Part shown: one piece after another, positions 26,803 through 36,921 of the stretch | How positions within the stretch are numbered: position 1 is the stretch's first letter | How the letters are laid out: the number at the start of each line of letters is the position of its first letter | DNA from: an uncultured delta proteobacterium | GTDB taxonomy: Bacteria; Desulfobacterota; Binatia; Binatales; Binataceae | Direction: 5' to 3' | Assembly: GCA_963850125.1 (NCBI GenBank) | Contig: CAWKKB010000001.1 | Span: 101,546 to 165,545 of the forward strand | DNA: 64,000 nucleotides | The notes under the pieces: generated by a model | The model's input: the letters and a program-made list of their open reading frames with translations, nothing else | What the model was told of the DNA's origin: nothing | Databases searched by the model: none | Translations under genes and position numbers: made by a program

Positions 26803-29700
26803 GTGACTGCGAAGTTGAGCGTGTTCGCGCCCTTCAGGCTCGATACGAGTAACGAGCAGTTGTGGCGCGGCTCAGAAGAAATTCGCCTTAGACGCAAAAC
26901 CTTTGCCGTCTTGCGTTACTTGGTCGAACATCCAGGCCAATTGGTAACCAAGGCGACATTGCTTGACGCCGTCTGGTCAGACGTCGCCGTCAGCGACTCG
27001 ATGCCTGCGATTTCGGTGCGCGAAGTACGCGAAGCACTGGGCGACGATGTCAGCGCGCCGCGCTTCATCGAGACGGTCCGAGGCAGGGGGTATCGCTTCA
27101 TCGCCAACGTCGCAAACGAAGTCGGTGACAACACGACTTCCGTGGGCGGGCGCGCAACCCATACCGAGCCAGGGCCCCGATTCAATTCCTTTGTGGGGCG
27201 AAAACACGAGTGGTCTCAGATGCTCGCCGCTTTGGCCGATGCAACTTCAGGGCAGGGCCGGCTTTGCCTGATTTCCGGGGAGCCGGGAATTGGCAAGACC
27301 CGGCTCTGCGCCGAACTGGCCCTCGAGGCTCAAGCTGGAGGCGCAGCCCTGGTAGAGGGCCACTGCGCCGAGCAAGAAGCGACGCCTTATCTGCCATTCA
27401 TCGAAATCCTTGAAAAGTACATCGATCGCGCCTCGGATCCGGACGCAGTCAGGAGGTTACTCGGGGATGAGGCCTCTGACCTCGCACGCCTGCTGCCCAA
27501 ATTGAATCGTCTTCTGCCTGATTTGCCGATCACACTCAATTTGCCCGCCGATCTGGCGCGCCGACAGCTCTTCAACAGCTTCAGCAACTTCATCGCACAC
27601 CGCGCTCGCGAACGGCCAATACTGTTGGTAATCGAGGATCTCCATTGGGCTGACGAATCCACCCTCGCTCTCACGCGCCACCTGTCCGAGCGAATATCTG
27701 ACGTCCCCGTATTAGTGATTGGCACGTATCGCGAGACCGAAGTGGATGTGGGTCCCGCGCTATCAAGAACCCTGGATGACCTGATCCGGGAAAGGCTCGC
27801 GCTTCAAATAAGACTCAAAGGTCTGCCATCCGGCGATGTAGCGCAGATGTTGGAAACGCTGAGCGGTAAGACCGTTCCTGCGATGGTGGTCGGCGAGTTC
27901 ATGGCTGAAACCGACGGAAACCCATTCTTTGTCGAGGAGTTGTTCCGGCATCTCGATGAAGAGGACCGGCTTTACGACTCGACCGGTCAATTTCGCGCGC
28001 GACTGAAGATCGATGAGCTGAATGTCCCGCCCAATGTGCGATTGGTTGTTGGTCGACGAGTTACACGGCTCGACGAGGATACCCGCAAAATTCTCGCTGT
28101 GGCCGCGGTGATCGGGCGTTCTTTCGCGTTCGAGCTTCTTGAGGCCGCGTCCCGGAAGGAGTCGCCAGCGCTACTGAATTGCCTGGATGAGGCGCTGGCG
28201 GTGGGACTGATTCGCTCCAGTGTCGAGCAGCCGCGCGCCCGGTTTGAGTTTTGCCACGAACTGACTCGACAGGCGATCCTGACGCCGCTCTCCGTTGCGA
28301 GACGCCATCGACTCCATCTCGACGTAGCCGAGGCGATCGAGGAAACGTATTCCGCCACGTTGGACGTCTATGCCAGCGAGCTGGCGTATCACTATGTTCG
28401 GACGGATAAAACCTGGAAGGCTGTAAAATACCTGAATCTAGCGGGCAAGCAGGCAAGCCGGCAGTCAGCGCATATCGAGGCGTTAGACAAGTTGAGTGCG
28501 GCTATCGCGCTGTTGAAGAATCTGCCCGAAAATCCTGAACGCGACCAGGAAGAGCTCTCTTTGCTGCTCTCGATAGGTACTTCAGTAATAGCTGTTAAAG
28601 GATTCTCAGACCTGGAAGTGGAGCGTACCTACGTTCGCGCGTCGGAACTCTGCCATCGTTGCAGTGACACAAGGCATCTCGCTCAGGCGCAACAGGGATT
28701 GGCAGCCCATTACTTGCTGAGATCACGGATCCGCCAATCACAAGAAATGGCTAAGAAAGTTCTCGATCTCGTTCGCCGTACGAACTCTCCATATCCCGCG
28801 CTATCGGTCGCCATTTTCTACTTCGCGATGCCTACATTCTGGCTTGGAGAGCTGGAGATCTCTCGCTCTGATCTTGAGGAAGCAGTCGCACTTATCGAAG
28901 AGCGACCTCCACAAAAACCGTACGACATTCACGACTCCCTCACCGGCTCATTGCAGTACTTGGCCTGGAACCTGTGGTACCTGGGGTATCCCGAAAAGGC
29001 TCGAATCGTTGCCCAACGCTCGCTCGCAGAAGCCCGAGAACGAAAGGACCTCTTCCTTCTGGCATGCGCGCTGAACCAGGTCGCCAGATTTTACGTCCTT
29101 CGTCGCGAAGCGAAGATTGCCCAAGAACTCGCATGCGAAGGACTGGCGCTGGGCAATCAGCAAGGCTTTCCAACTTGGTCAGCGGAAAGCATGCTGGTCC
29201 AAGGTTGGGCGATGGTCCACACCGGCCACGTAGCAAATGGTATCGTTCGCTTGCGAGAAGGCCTCGCCGCTCGCTGGGCAATCGGGGAAGCGGGCGCGCA
29301 ACCGCACTATATCGGGTGGCTGGCTGAAGCGTTGGGGAAAGTGGGCGGGCATGAAGAGGGCCTGAAGTTGCTGGACGAGGTACTGGAGCCCGAGCATGAA
29401 GTTCTCGTGTATGAGCCCGAACTATATTGGATCAAGGGCGGACTGTTGCTCTCGCAAGACAGCTCGAACACGTCGCAAGTTGAAGACGCCTTCTGCACCG
29501 CGATTGACATCGCGCGGAAGCACCGCTCGAGATCGATGGAACTGCGTGCAACAACCAGCCTCGCCGTTCTCTTCGCGAAAAATGGCCGCCGTGATGACGC
29601 GCGGGCGATGCTCACGGAAATCTACAACTGGTTCAGCGAAGGCTTTGAGACCGCCGATCTGCTGAATGCCAAGGCGCTCCTCGATTTACTGAACGAGTAG
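26803..29700 (+). CDS. OmpR-type winged-helix + STAND NTPase + TPR regulator
   Basis: PRFIETVRGRGYRF; GEPGIGKT; IEDLHWAD; GNPFFVEE; conserved C-terminal cap. Confidence 0.92.
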   Translation: MTAKLSVFAPFRLDTSNEQLWRGSEEIRLRRKTFAVLRYLVEHPGQLVTKATLLDAVWSDVAVSDSMPAISVREVREALGDDVSAPRFIETVRGRGYRFIANVANEVGDNTTSVGGRATHTEPGPRFNSFVGRKHEWSQMLAALADATSGQGRLCLISGEPGIGKTRLCAELALEAQAGGAALVEGHCAEQEATPYLPFIEILEKYIDRASDPDAVRRLLGDEASDLARLLPKLNRLLPDLPITLNLPADLARRQLFNSFSNFIAHRARERPILLVIEDLHWADESTLALTRHLSERISDVPVLVIGTYRETEVDVGPALSRTLDDLIRERLALQIRLKGLPSGDVAQMLETLSGKTVPAMVVGEFMAETDGNPFFVEELFRHLDEEDRLYDSTGQFRARLKIDELNVPPNVRLVVGRRVTRLDEDTRKILAVAAVIGRSFAFELLEAASRKESPALLNCLDEALAVGLIRSSVEQPRARFEFCHELTRQAILTPLSVARRHRLHLDVAEAIEETYSATLDVYASELAYHYVRTDKTWKAVKYLNLAGKQASRQSAHIEALDKLSAAIALLKNLPENPERDQEELSLLLSIGTSVIAVKGFSDLEVERTYVRASELCHRCSDTRHLAQAQQGLAAHYLLRSRIRQSQEMAKKVLDLVRRTNSPYPALSVAIFYFAMPTFWLGELEISRSDLEEAVALIEERPPQKPYDIHDSLTGSLQYLAWNLWYLGYPEKARIVAQRSLAEARERKDLFLLACALNQVARFYVLRREAKIAQELACEGLALGNQQGFPTWSAESMLVQGWAMVHTGHVANGIVRLREGLAARWAIGEAGAQPHYIGWLAEALGKVGGHEEGLKLLDEVLEPEHEVLVYEPELYWIKGGLLLSQDSSNTSQVEDAFCTAIDIARKHRSRSMELRATTSLAVLFAKNGRRDDARAMLTEIYNWFSEGFETADLLNAKALLDLLNE

Positions 29701-29797
29701 TTTGCGAAGAGCCGGAACAGGATACGGACGGAAAAATCGATCAGAACTATGACACCGTCATGATTCAGAAGCGGACCATGCCCAAGCGCGTGCACCA

Positions 29798-29898
29798 TCA
29801 AGTCGTTTGCCAAGCTGGCGCTCTGATGCGGGAAACGCTAACAAAACGAGCCGCAAGCCGTCCAGCGCTCCCAACCAACTCTTTCACCACGAAATAGC
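29798..29898 (+). repeat. About 100-bp imperfect direct repeat, copy B
   Basis: Aligns by eye to 22454-22556. Confidence 0.8.
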
Positions 29899-30112
29899 TG
29901 ACTAGCTGACTATCCTCCCACTAGGAGGGATTCGAACTGCAAATCTTCGGCTGATGTTATACATGCTAGGCATCAGCACAGCGAAGGAAGGGACCCGGAG
30001 AGCTTCGAAGAGCCGAACCGAGGACGAACATATTCTCTCCAACACTGATGCTTTTATTCAGGGAGAATAGTGCGCCAAAACTCGGGCCGAATTCCGCCCA
30101 TGAAAGAACTCG

Positions 30113-30149
30113 GGGCACTGGAGTTTCGAATCCCCCCCCCTCTCCGCCA
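30113..30149 (+). other. tRNA-Ser-like 3' half remnant (att-like)
   Basis: GGGCACTGGAGTTTCGAATCCCCCCCCCTCTCCGCCA; no 5' half found. Confidence 0.65.
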
Positions 30150-30381
30150 TACAGTCTGACATGTTTCCATACATTATGGAGAAGCGATAAAATCGGCGCA
30201 TGGGGCGCGATTCACGCGCGGTCGTGGACGCGGAGAATGCCAATGGTGGCGGCTGAGCGCAAATTCCGCGCAAGATTCTCTGTTCGCGATTTTCGCATGT
30301 CCATCTGCGAACCGGCCGCCATTTTGCGGGGAAGCGTCCTCGCGAAGAAGGCCTGACGCAGGCAACTACGCCCGCGTGTGT

Positions 30382-32070
30382 CTATCGGGGTTCCAGAGCT
30401 TGCTCCTGCGCAGTCCAGAGCGGGGGCAGTTCGATTCTTTGGGTAATCGCTATAGCCCTGAGGTCTGCGGGCTGCCGGCCTTGGGCGATTGCCTCAACGA
30501 TCCTTGGCGCCAGAAACGCCAGTCGCATCACGCGCCGCACGTGACGGCCTGTAACATGTTCTCGCCTGGCGATCTCGCCGATCGATTGCGCCCGGCCAGC
30601 CAGCAGATCGTTGGACCATCGATACGCACGAGCGGTCGCGTTGAGCAGTGGTAGATCAACGCGTGGCAGGGATGCAGCGTCACCATTAATGATCAGGCGC
30701 ATCTCAACGCCGCGCCGCTTTATCCGCATCGGAACGAATCGACTTAGCGCAAGTTCGGGCGGAGTCGCGGTATCACGTCCTTCATCGGATGGGATCGGCA
30801 ATTTAATGGAAACCTGGATGCCGCTCTCCTTGAGTCCAACGCGTTCGATCAGCCGGATGAGCGTCGATGAGGCTTCCGATTCGGACCGCAGGCTTTTAAT
30901 CCAGGCTTCGGCGACCTTGAATATCGAAGGCAATCGGCTCGCATCGATGTTGAGTTCTTCAATCGCTCCCGCGATTGCCACTCGATCACCGAGAATCTGC
31001 CGAGTCGCAGCGCGGACGGCTCGCTCAAGCTCCGGTGCAGCTACGCGCCACCCGCGCTGGTCATCCTGTAATGATCCCCTGACCAATCCGCGCGAGACGT
31101 AGTAGCGATAGTGGCGCGCGCCTTTTACCCCACCCTGCACATATAGGGGCTCGCCGTTCTCGTCGAACAGTTTACCCGCAAGCGGGCTGGAAGGCGCTTT
31201 GGTCGGGCGTTCGCGATGGGCGGCGGCTTGATCGCGCAAGCGCTGCTGGACCTTCTCCCACAGTTCCCGGCCCACTATCGACTGGTGTTGCCCTGGATAG
31301 CGTACCTTCTTGTGACGAATTTCGCCCAGGTAGATCGGGTTCGACAGCAGCTCGTAAAGAGCGCCGCGCGAAAATTGCCGGCCTCCCGATCGCACTCCGT
31401 TTTTCGACACCCGGATTTTGGAGTTGATCTCAAGGCGCTCCAAATCATTTCTCAGGAGCCGAACGGAACAGAGTTCGAGATATCGCTCATAGATGTGTTT
31501 CACCGTCGCGGCTTCGGCCCGATTGACTACCAGCCGGCGATCGCGGACGTCGTAGCCCAGTGGCGGCACTCCGCCCATCCACATGCCCTTGCGCTTGGAG
31601 GCGGTGATCTTGTCCCGGATCCGCTCGCCCGTTACCTCCCGCTCGAATTGTGCGAAGGACAGTAGGACGTTGAGTGTAAGTCGGCCCATTGAGGTAGTGG
31701 TGTTGAACTGCTGGGTGACTGCGACAAACGAAATGCCGTGCGCGTCGAACACCTCAACCATCTTGGCGAAGTCGGCGAGCGAGCGGGTCAGGCGATCGAC
31801 TTTATAGACGACCACAACGTCGACGAGTCTGCGCCTTATATCTTCCAACAGGCGTTGAAGGGCGGGACGCTCCATGGTCCCACCTGAAAGGCCTCCATCA
31901 TCATAAGCGGTCTTGACGAGCCGCCAGCCCTCGCCCGTTTGGCTCTTGATGAACGCCTCACACGCCTCGCGCTGCGCGTGCAGCGAGTTGAAGTCCTGCT
32001 CCAGTCCTTCCTCGGAAGATTTGCGGGTGTAGATCGCGCAGCGCCTTGTTCGCGGCTTAGCGCGTTCCAT
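30382..32070 (-). CDS. Large serine recombinase (copy 2, motifs intact)
   Basis: CAIYTRKS, VYKVDRLTRS, SFAQFERE, PLGY. Confidence 0.95.
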   Translation of the reverse strand: MERAKPRTRRCAIYTRKSSEEGLEQDFNSLHAQREACEAFIKSQTGEGWRLVKTAYDDGGLSGGTMERPALQRLLEDIRRRLVDVVVVYKVDRLTRSLADFAKMVEVFDAHGISFVAVTQQFNTTTSMGRLTLNVLLSFAQFEREVTGERIRDKITASKRKGMWMGGVPPLGYDVRDRRLVVNRAEAATVKHIYERYLELCSVRLLRNDLERLEINSKIRVSKNGVRSGGRQFSRGALYELLSNPIYLGEIRHKKVRYPGQHQSIVGRELWEKVQQRLRDQAAAHRERPTKAPSSPLAGKLFDENGEPLYVQGGVKGARHYRYYVSRGLVRGSLQDDQRGWRVAAPELERAVRAATRQILGDRVAIAGAIEELNIDASRLPSIFKVAEAWIKSLRSESEASSTLIRLIERVGLKESGIQVSIKLPIPSDEGRDTATPPELALSRFVPMRIKRRGVEMRLIINGDAASLPRVDLPLLNATARAYRWSNDLLAGRAQSIGEIARREHVTGRHVRRVMRLAFLAPRIVEAIAQGRQPADLRAIAITQRIELPPLWTAQEQALEPR

Positions 32071-32539
32071 CACGGCTCTCTTCTGGTGATCGCTTGAGTC
32101 CGAAGAATAAGGGACCCGACCATCGAGTCCCGGTGATCTCTCGCGCAACTTCCGAGAGCGAACGGTAACGCTTGCCCCCGAAAGAAAATCCCTTTTCGAG
32201 AACGCTTACCTGATGGCTGATGCCGCGCCATTCACGCACCAGCACCACGCCGGGCTGCACGATTCGAGACGGTGCCGCAGCGAAAGCCGACCCGTTAGCG
32301 CCGTCATGGGCGAACTCTGCCAGCAGGCGCTGCGTCGACGGCTTGAGGCCGCCGAAAGCTTCCTCCTGGAGCCGATATGCGATCGCGCGCGTCAGAAACG
32401 ACCGGCGGATATCGCGCGACGGCGCCTTGCCGAACATGGCTTTCCAGCCCGCGCGAAGGTCCTTGGTACTAGCCTTTGACAGGCCCGCAATCTCCGCAGG
32501 AAGCGCATCTCGGTTCAGAACCTGCGCCCGTCGCTTCAT
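32057..32539 (-). CDS. DUF2924 domain protein (copy 2)
   Basis: AYRLQEEAFGGL, LVREWRG, YRSLSEVAREITGTRWSGPLFFGL. Confidence 0.9.
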   Translation of the reverse strand: MKRRAQVLNRDALPAEIAGLSKASTKDLRAGWKAMFGKAPSRDIRRSFLTRAIAYRLQEEAFGGLKPSTQRLLAEFAHDGANGSAFAAAPSRIVQPGVVLVREWRGISHQVSVLEKGFSFGGKRYRSLSEVAREITGTRWSGPLFFGLKRSPEESRDGTR

Positions 32540-32637
32540 GATCCTTTCTCTCGGTATTTCGGGATTTTCAGCTCAGCATCCAACCTCATATCTGGTCCTC
32601 CTTAAGGTCGGCGATTCGCCTCCCCCAATGACACACA

Positions 32638-32840
32638 CATTGCTCGATTCGCGGCACGGAGCCAGTCGTGCGAGAGAGATTTTGGGCAATATCGCGCTTA
32701 CCCAGGTCTCGTCCTCTCAGCTGCATTCCCCATTCGCCTTCCAATCGCCCTGGTCGCGCAGACCCTCGATGTGCGCCGATAGCGGGGCTCCTTTCTGTGC
32801 GAGGAAACCGCTCGCTTCACGCGCCAACCAGAGCGAACAT
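32638..32840. promoter_or_regulatory. Divergent pair of CT(C/G)GCT(T/C)C-N10-(CA/TC)GAGC boxes
   Basis: Minus strand CTGGCTCC-GTGCCGCGAA-TCGAGC (32642-32665); plus strand CTCGCTTC-ACGCGCCAAC-CAGAGC (32811-32834). Confidence 0.6.
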
Positions 32841-32877
32841 CCCGACGAGCCTTTACGGCTCAAGGAGATTCAGAGCG

Positions 32878-33159
32878 ATGGAACAAGCGAAACTGGCGAA
32901 GGGAAGCGAGCATAAGCCGATCGGAAATTCCTCAACATCGGCCCCGAAAAAGGCCACTAGAAAAAGGGCTGAGTCAGCAGGGCCGCTCTGGAAGGAGATC
33001 GGGAGCAAGTCGAAATCAGACAAACTGCTTTGCCGCTATTGCGGGAGCGATGACCTGGCTCCGAGTTTCATCAAGCGGCGGGATCGCCGATGCCGGAAGT
33101 GTTTTACTAAGCGCTATGGATCAGCGGCACGCACGCGGAAGGCGAAGGTCAAGAAATAG
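32878..33159 (+). CDS. Small basic CxxC-x16-CxxC (putative zinc-ribbon) protein, copy 2
   Basis: AAGGAG RBS; KLLCRYCGSDDLAPSFIKRRDRRCRKCFTKRYGS. Confidence 0.8.
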   Translation: MEQAKLAKGSEHKPIGNSSTSAPKKATRKRAESAGPLWKEIGSKSKSDKLLCRYCGSDDLAPSFIKRRDRRCRKCFTKRYGSAARTRKAKVKK

Positions 33160-33180
33160 TTAGACTCCCGACTTGAGATG

Positions 33181-33214
33181 AGGGTCCGGGCTCGAAAGGG
33201 CTCGGCCCTTTTTT
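33181..33214 (+). terminator. Intrinsic terminator
   Basis: AGGGTCCGGGCTC-GAAA-GGGCTCGGCCC followed by T6. Confidence 0.7.
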
Positions 33215-33299
33215 GCGACTTGAGCTATTCAGAATAATATGGCAAACCCCCCTTCCGCCGATCGATCGCAGGATGACGAAACCAGATGGTATCGCCCGA

Positions 33300-36200
33300 T
33301 CAGCCGAGCTTGTCGAGCAGGGCCTTGGCGTCTTTGAGGTCGGCAGTGTCGAAGCCTTCGGTGAACCAGTTGTAGATTTCGGCGAGCATCGCCCGCGCTT
33401 CGTCGCGCTTGCCTTGCTTGACGAGCAGCCGCGCGAGGCTTGTGGTCGCGCGCAACTCGTATGATTTGGACTCCTGGCCGCGAGCGATCAAGATCGCTTC
33501 GCTGAAGAGATCCTCGGCCTTGCGCTCGCTGCAGCGCCCAGCCTCGAGCTGCAGCTCACCTTGCATGCACTTCACAGGCGAGGAGAACCTCGGCGTCCAG
33601 GTGGTCTGGTCCAACAGGGCCAGCGCTTCATCGAATCGGCGGAGTTTCCTGTACGCCACGAACACATCGAAAAGGGCACCGCCACCCGCCAAGCCCATCG
33701 CGCGCCGCGCGGCCAATGATCGCTGAACCTCGTTGAGCCCTTCCTCGACGCTGCCCTTTTTCACCAAGCACCAAGCGCGCCAGTAAGTTCCCTCCTCTCT
33801 GTAGAACCCGAACCCGTGCTCATCCGCCAGCACGCGCATCTCATTCGCCGCTTCCTCAAGCGCAGAGACTTCGCCGCGATATCGGTAGACCGTACAGACG
33901 CCCGAATACGCCGAGCATAACGGAAAGGGCCTCCCGAGCCTGCGCGCCAGCGTCAGCGCTTCGCGGCAACGCTCAAGAGCCTGGTCCGGAAAACCGAGGG
34001 ACCAAAGAATTTCGCCGAGAACGTCGAGGGCCGTAATGCGCGGATCCGCAACCGGAAAGACAGTGTGCTCCGCAATAGCGGGAATGAGAGCGATGGCTTT
34101 CTCGAGATGCGCGCGGGCGTCACGGTGCCTGCCCTGGTATTCGAGGCTTTCTCCAAGCGCGGTGTTCGCCCATAGCAGCCTTGCGGGGCCGGGTTCACGC
34201 TCGGCCAGCGCAACGAGCTGTTGCGAAGTCTCGAGGTCGTTCTGCCATTGGCTCTTGAAATTGTAGAAGAACCTGAGGCCCAGCAGCACGCGGAAGGTCC
34301 GCCGGGTGTCGCCAAGCTGCGTGCAGAGATCCCGGGCGCGCGCGAACGCCGCGCCCATCTCGTCATCGGCGAGACCTCTAGCGGCGGCTGCAGCCTCCGC
34401 AAACGTGATTTGCAGGCTCGCTTCCTCGCGACGGCGCTCGTCGTCCTCGGGCAGGCTTTTTAGCAATTGGAGTGCGGCGTTCAGATGGACGATTGCTTCG
34501 CTGTGGGCGAAGCGCCGATGAGCCTGCTGGCCCGCCAGGCCCAGATATTCCAGCGCCTTTCGGACGTTGGCGCTGCGGCCGTAGTGGTAAGCGAGTTGGC
34601 TCAGATGATCGTCGATTGACTGAGCGAATGACGCTTCCATGGCGGAACCGATTCGTTCGTGCAGCAGCTTTCTGCGCTCGACCAGCACCGACTTGTAGGC
34701 GACATCGTGGGTGAGCGCGTGCTTGAAGATGTACTCGATGTCGCCGACCGCAGGCTGCTCATAGATGAACTCGCCGAGCTGCAAGTCATTGAGCATGCGG
34801 CTTAGTTCGTCGTCGGATTTCGGGACGACGGCACGAATCAACGAGAGCGAAAACTCCCTACCGATGACGGCCAGCGCTTGCAGCAGGTCCTTGGACTCCG
34901 GGGGCAACTGGTCGATGCGCGCGGCGATGATTCCTTGCACGGTGGGAGGAATTTTGAGATCGCCGAGCGGCCGGGTGAGTCGCGTAATGCTGCCGTCGCG
35001 AACCAATGAGCCTTCGTCCAGCAGGACCTGCACGGTCTCTTCCATAAAGAAGGGATTGCCTTCGGTGCGTTCTATGATCACGCGCTTGAGCGGCACCAGA
35101 TCCTTGCCGTCGCCGAGCAGCGCCGACAGCATCTCGTCGGCGCTCTCCTTGCCGAGCGGGTCGAGCCGAAGCTGCGTGTAACAGGTCTTGCTGTTCCACT
35201 GATGCGAGTATTCGGGCCGGTAGTTCACCAGCATCAGAATTTTGGAATTCGGAATCGAATCCGCGAGAAGATTGAGCAGCGCCTGAGTCTCTTCATCGAT
35301 CCAGTGCAGGTCCTCGAAGATCACCATCAGCGGCTGGTTGAGCGACTCGCGAACCAGGATGCGCTTGATCGCATCGAGGGTGCGCCGCTTGCGGACCTGC
35401 GCGTCCATCTGCGCCAACGGATCGTCTCCCTCGACGATTCCGAGCAGCGCGAACAGATACGGCAGGGTGTCCTCCTGTGCGCGGTCGAGCATCAGCACTT
35501 TGCCACCGATCTTCTCGCGCCGCGCACGGGCGTCGTCGTCACCGATGATTTTGAAGTAACCGTGCAATAGGTCGAGAACCGGCAGGAACGCCGATGCCTT
35601 GCCATGCGAGACCGAAAAGGCTTCGAGCACCATCCAGCCCGATTGATTTTTGACCTTGAACTCGTAAAACAGCCGCGACTTGCCGGTGCCGGCCTCGGCC
35701 ATCGCCGCGACGAGTTGCCCGCGACCGGCCGTCGCTCGCTCCGCCGCGGCTTTCATTGCGTCCATCTCGCGCTCGCGGCCAACGAACTTGGTCAGACCGC
35801 GGCCTGCCGATCGTTGCAGCCGCGTGCGCAGCGGCCCGAGGCCGGTGACTTCGTAAACGTTGACCGGCTCACTGACGCCTTTGACCTTGGTCGGTCCGAG
35901 CGGTTTGAGCGCGAAATAGCCCTCGACCAGCTTGCGCGTCTGCTCGCTGATCGCGATCGAGCTGGTCGGCGCGAGCGCCTGCATCCGCGACGCGAGATTG
36001 GTCGTGTGCCCGATCGGGGTGTATTCGTTGTGTCCGCCGCCCGTCGCGATCGAACGAACCACAACCTCGCCTGTATTCACGCCGACGCGCGCCTCGATCG
36101 GCAGGTTGCCCGCTTCGCGCAATCTTGCCGAATAGCGTTTCAGCTCCTCCTGCATCCGCAGCCCCGCATACAGCGCGCGCTGCGGATGATCCTCGTGCGC

Positions 36201-36638
36201 GACCGGTGCGCCAAACAGCGCGAAGATACCGTCGCCAGTCGATTGCACGATGTAGCCGTCGTAGCGGCGGACAGCGTCGATCATCAGCTTGAGTGCGGGA
36301 TCAACAATTGCGCGCGCCTCTTCGGGATCGAGGTCCTGCTCCAGCTCGGTCGATCCTTTGATATCCGCGAACAGCGCCGTGACCGTCTTGCGTTCGCCCT
36401 CGAGATTCTCGGGTGAGCTACTCTCCGCCGCGACACGTACGTCGGAGGCCGACCCTCGCGGCGGTGAAGTTGACGGCGCGGTGTTAGGAGCTAGCGCGGT
36501 ACCGCAGTCCTCGCAGAATGCCGATGAAGGTGCGTTTTCAGCGCCACACTTCGGGCATCGATTGGAAATTGGGCTGCCGCACACTGCGCAGAACTTCTTG
36601 CCGGTCTTGCTTTCGGTTCCGCACTTCGAGCAACGCAT
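33300..36638 (-). CDS. Double zinc ribbon + class III nucleotidyl cyclase + STAND NTPase + TPR protein
   Basis: Four CxxC; FADIKGST, TGDG, NLASR; AEAGTGKS; FEDLHWID; conserved cap. Confidence 0.92.
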   Translation of the reverse strand: MRCSKCGTESKTGKKFCAVCGSPISNRCPKCGAENAPSSAFCEDCGTALAPNTAPSTSPPRGSASDVRVAAESSSPENLEGERKTVTALFADIKGSTELEQDLDPEEARAIVDPALKLMIDAVRRYDGYIVQSTGDGIFALFGAPVAHEDHPQRALYAGLRMQEELKRYSARLREAGNLPIEARVGVNTGEVVVRSIATGGGHNEYTPIGHTTNLASRMQALAPTSSIAISEQTRKLVEGYFALKPLGPTKVKGVSEPVNVYEVTGLGPLRTRLQRSAGRGLTKFVGREREMDAMKAAAERATAGRGQLVAAMAEAGTGKSRLFYEFKVKNQSGWMVLEAFSVSHGKASAFLPVLDLLHGYFKIIGDDDARARREKIGGKVLMLDRAQEDTLPYLFALLGIVEGDDPLAQMDAQVRKRRTLDAIKRILVRESLNQPLMVIFEDLHWIDEETQALLNLLADSIPNSKILMLVNYRPEYSHQWNSKTCYTQLRLDPLGKESADEMLSALLGDGKDLVPLKRVIIERTEGNPFFMEETVQVLLDEGSLVRDGSITRLTRPLGDLKIPPTVQGIIAARIDQLPPESKDLLQALAVIGREFSLSLIRAVVPKSDDELSRMLNDLQLGEFIYEQPAVGDIEYIFKHALTHDVAYKSVLVERRKLLHERIGSAMEASFAQSIDDHLSQLAYHYGRSANVRKALEYLGLAGQQAHRRFAHSEAIVHLNAALQLLKSLPEDDERRREEASLQITFAEAAAAARGLADDEMGAAFARARDLCTQLGDTRRTFRVLLGLRFFYNFKSQWQNDLETSQQLVALAEREPGPARLLWANTALGESLEYQGRHRDARAHLEKAIALIPAIAEHTVFPVADPRITALDVLGEILWSLGFPDQALERCREALTLARRLGRPFPLCSAYSGVCTVYRYRGEVSALEEAANEMRVLADEHGFGFYREEGTYWRAWCLVKKGSVEEGLNEVQRSLAARRAMGLAGGGALFDVFVAYRKLRRFDEALALLDQTTWTPRFSSPVKCMQGELQLEAGRCSERKAEDLFSEAILIARGQESKSYELRATTSLARLLVKQGKRDEARAMLAEIYNWFTEGFDTADLKDAKALLDKLG

Positions 36639-36921
36639 TGATCCGTACCGCCTCCTCAGGACAACGCGATCTTGTATCACCAGCGGCCCGCTTGCGGACA
36701 TCGCCGACTGTCTGCCTAGCAGGGGAAAATTTGAACTCGGAACTATTAGCCTGGTTATTGGCCTCTACAATATGCGGGCCTCGGACCTCGACCGAAGGGG
36801 GACCGGAGATGGGTCAAGCACAGCCGAATCACTGGCGAAGAATATCTCTACAGCATTGCTGCTTTATCTTGGGACTGAATAATGCGCCAATGTTGGGCAC
36901 ATTTCTGGCGCTCGATTGCCA

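Noticed and set aside
30132-30140. C9 tract as a phase-variation switch
   Set aside because: It lies in the non-coding tRNA-like remnant, not in a gene or evident promoter.
11580-33460. Diversity-generating retroelement TR/VR pairs at STAND 3' ends
   Set aside because: No reverse transcriptase in the window; differences are mostly synonymous and not adenine-specific.
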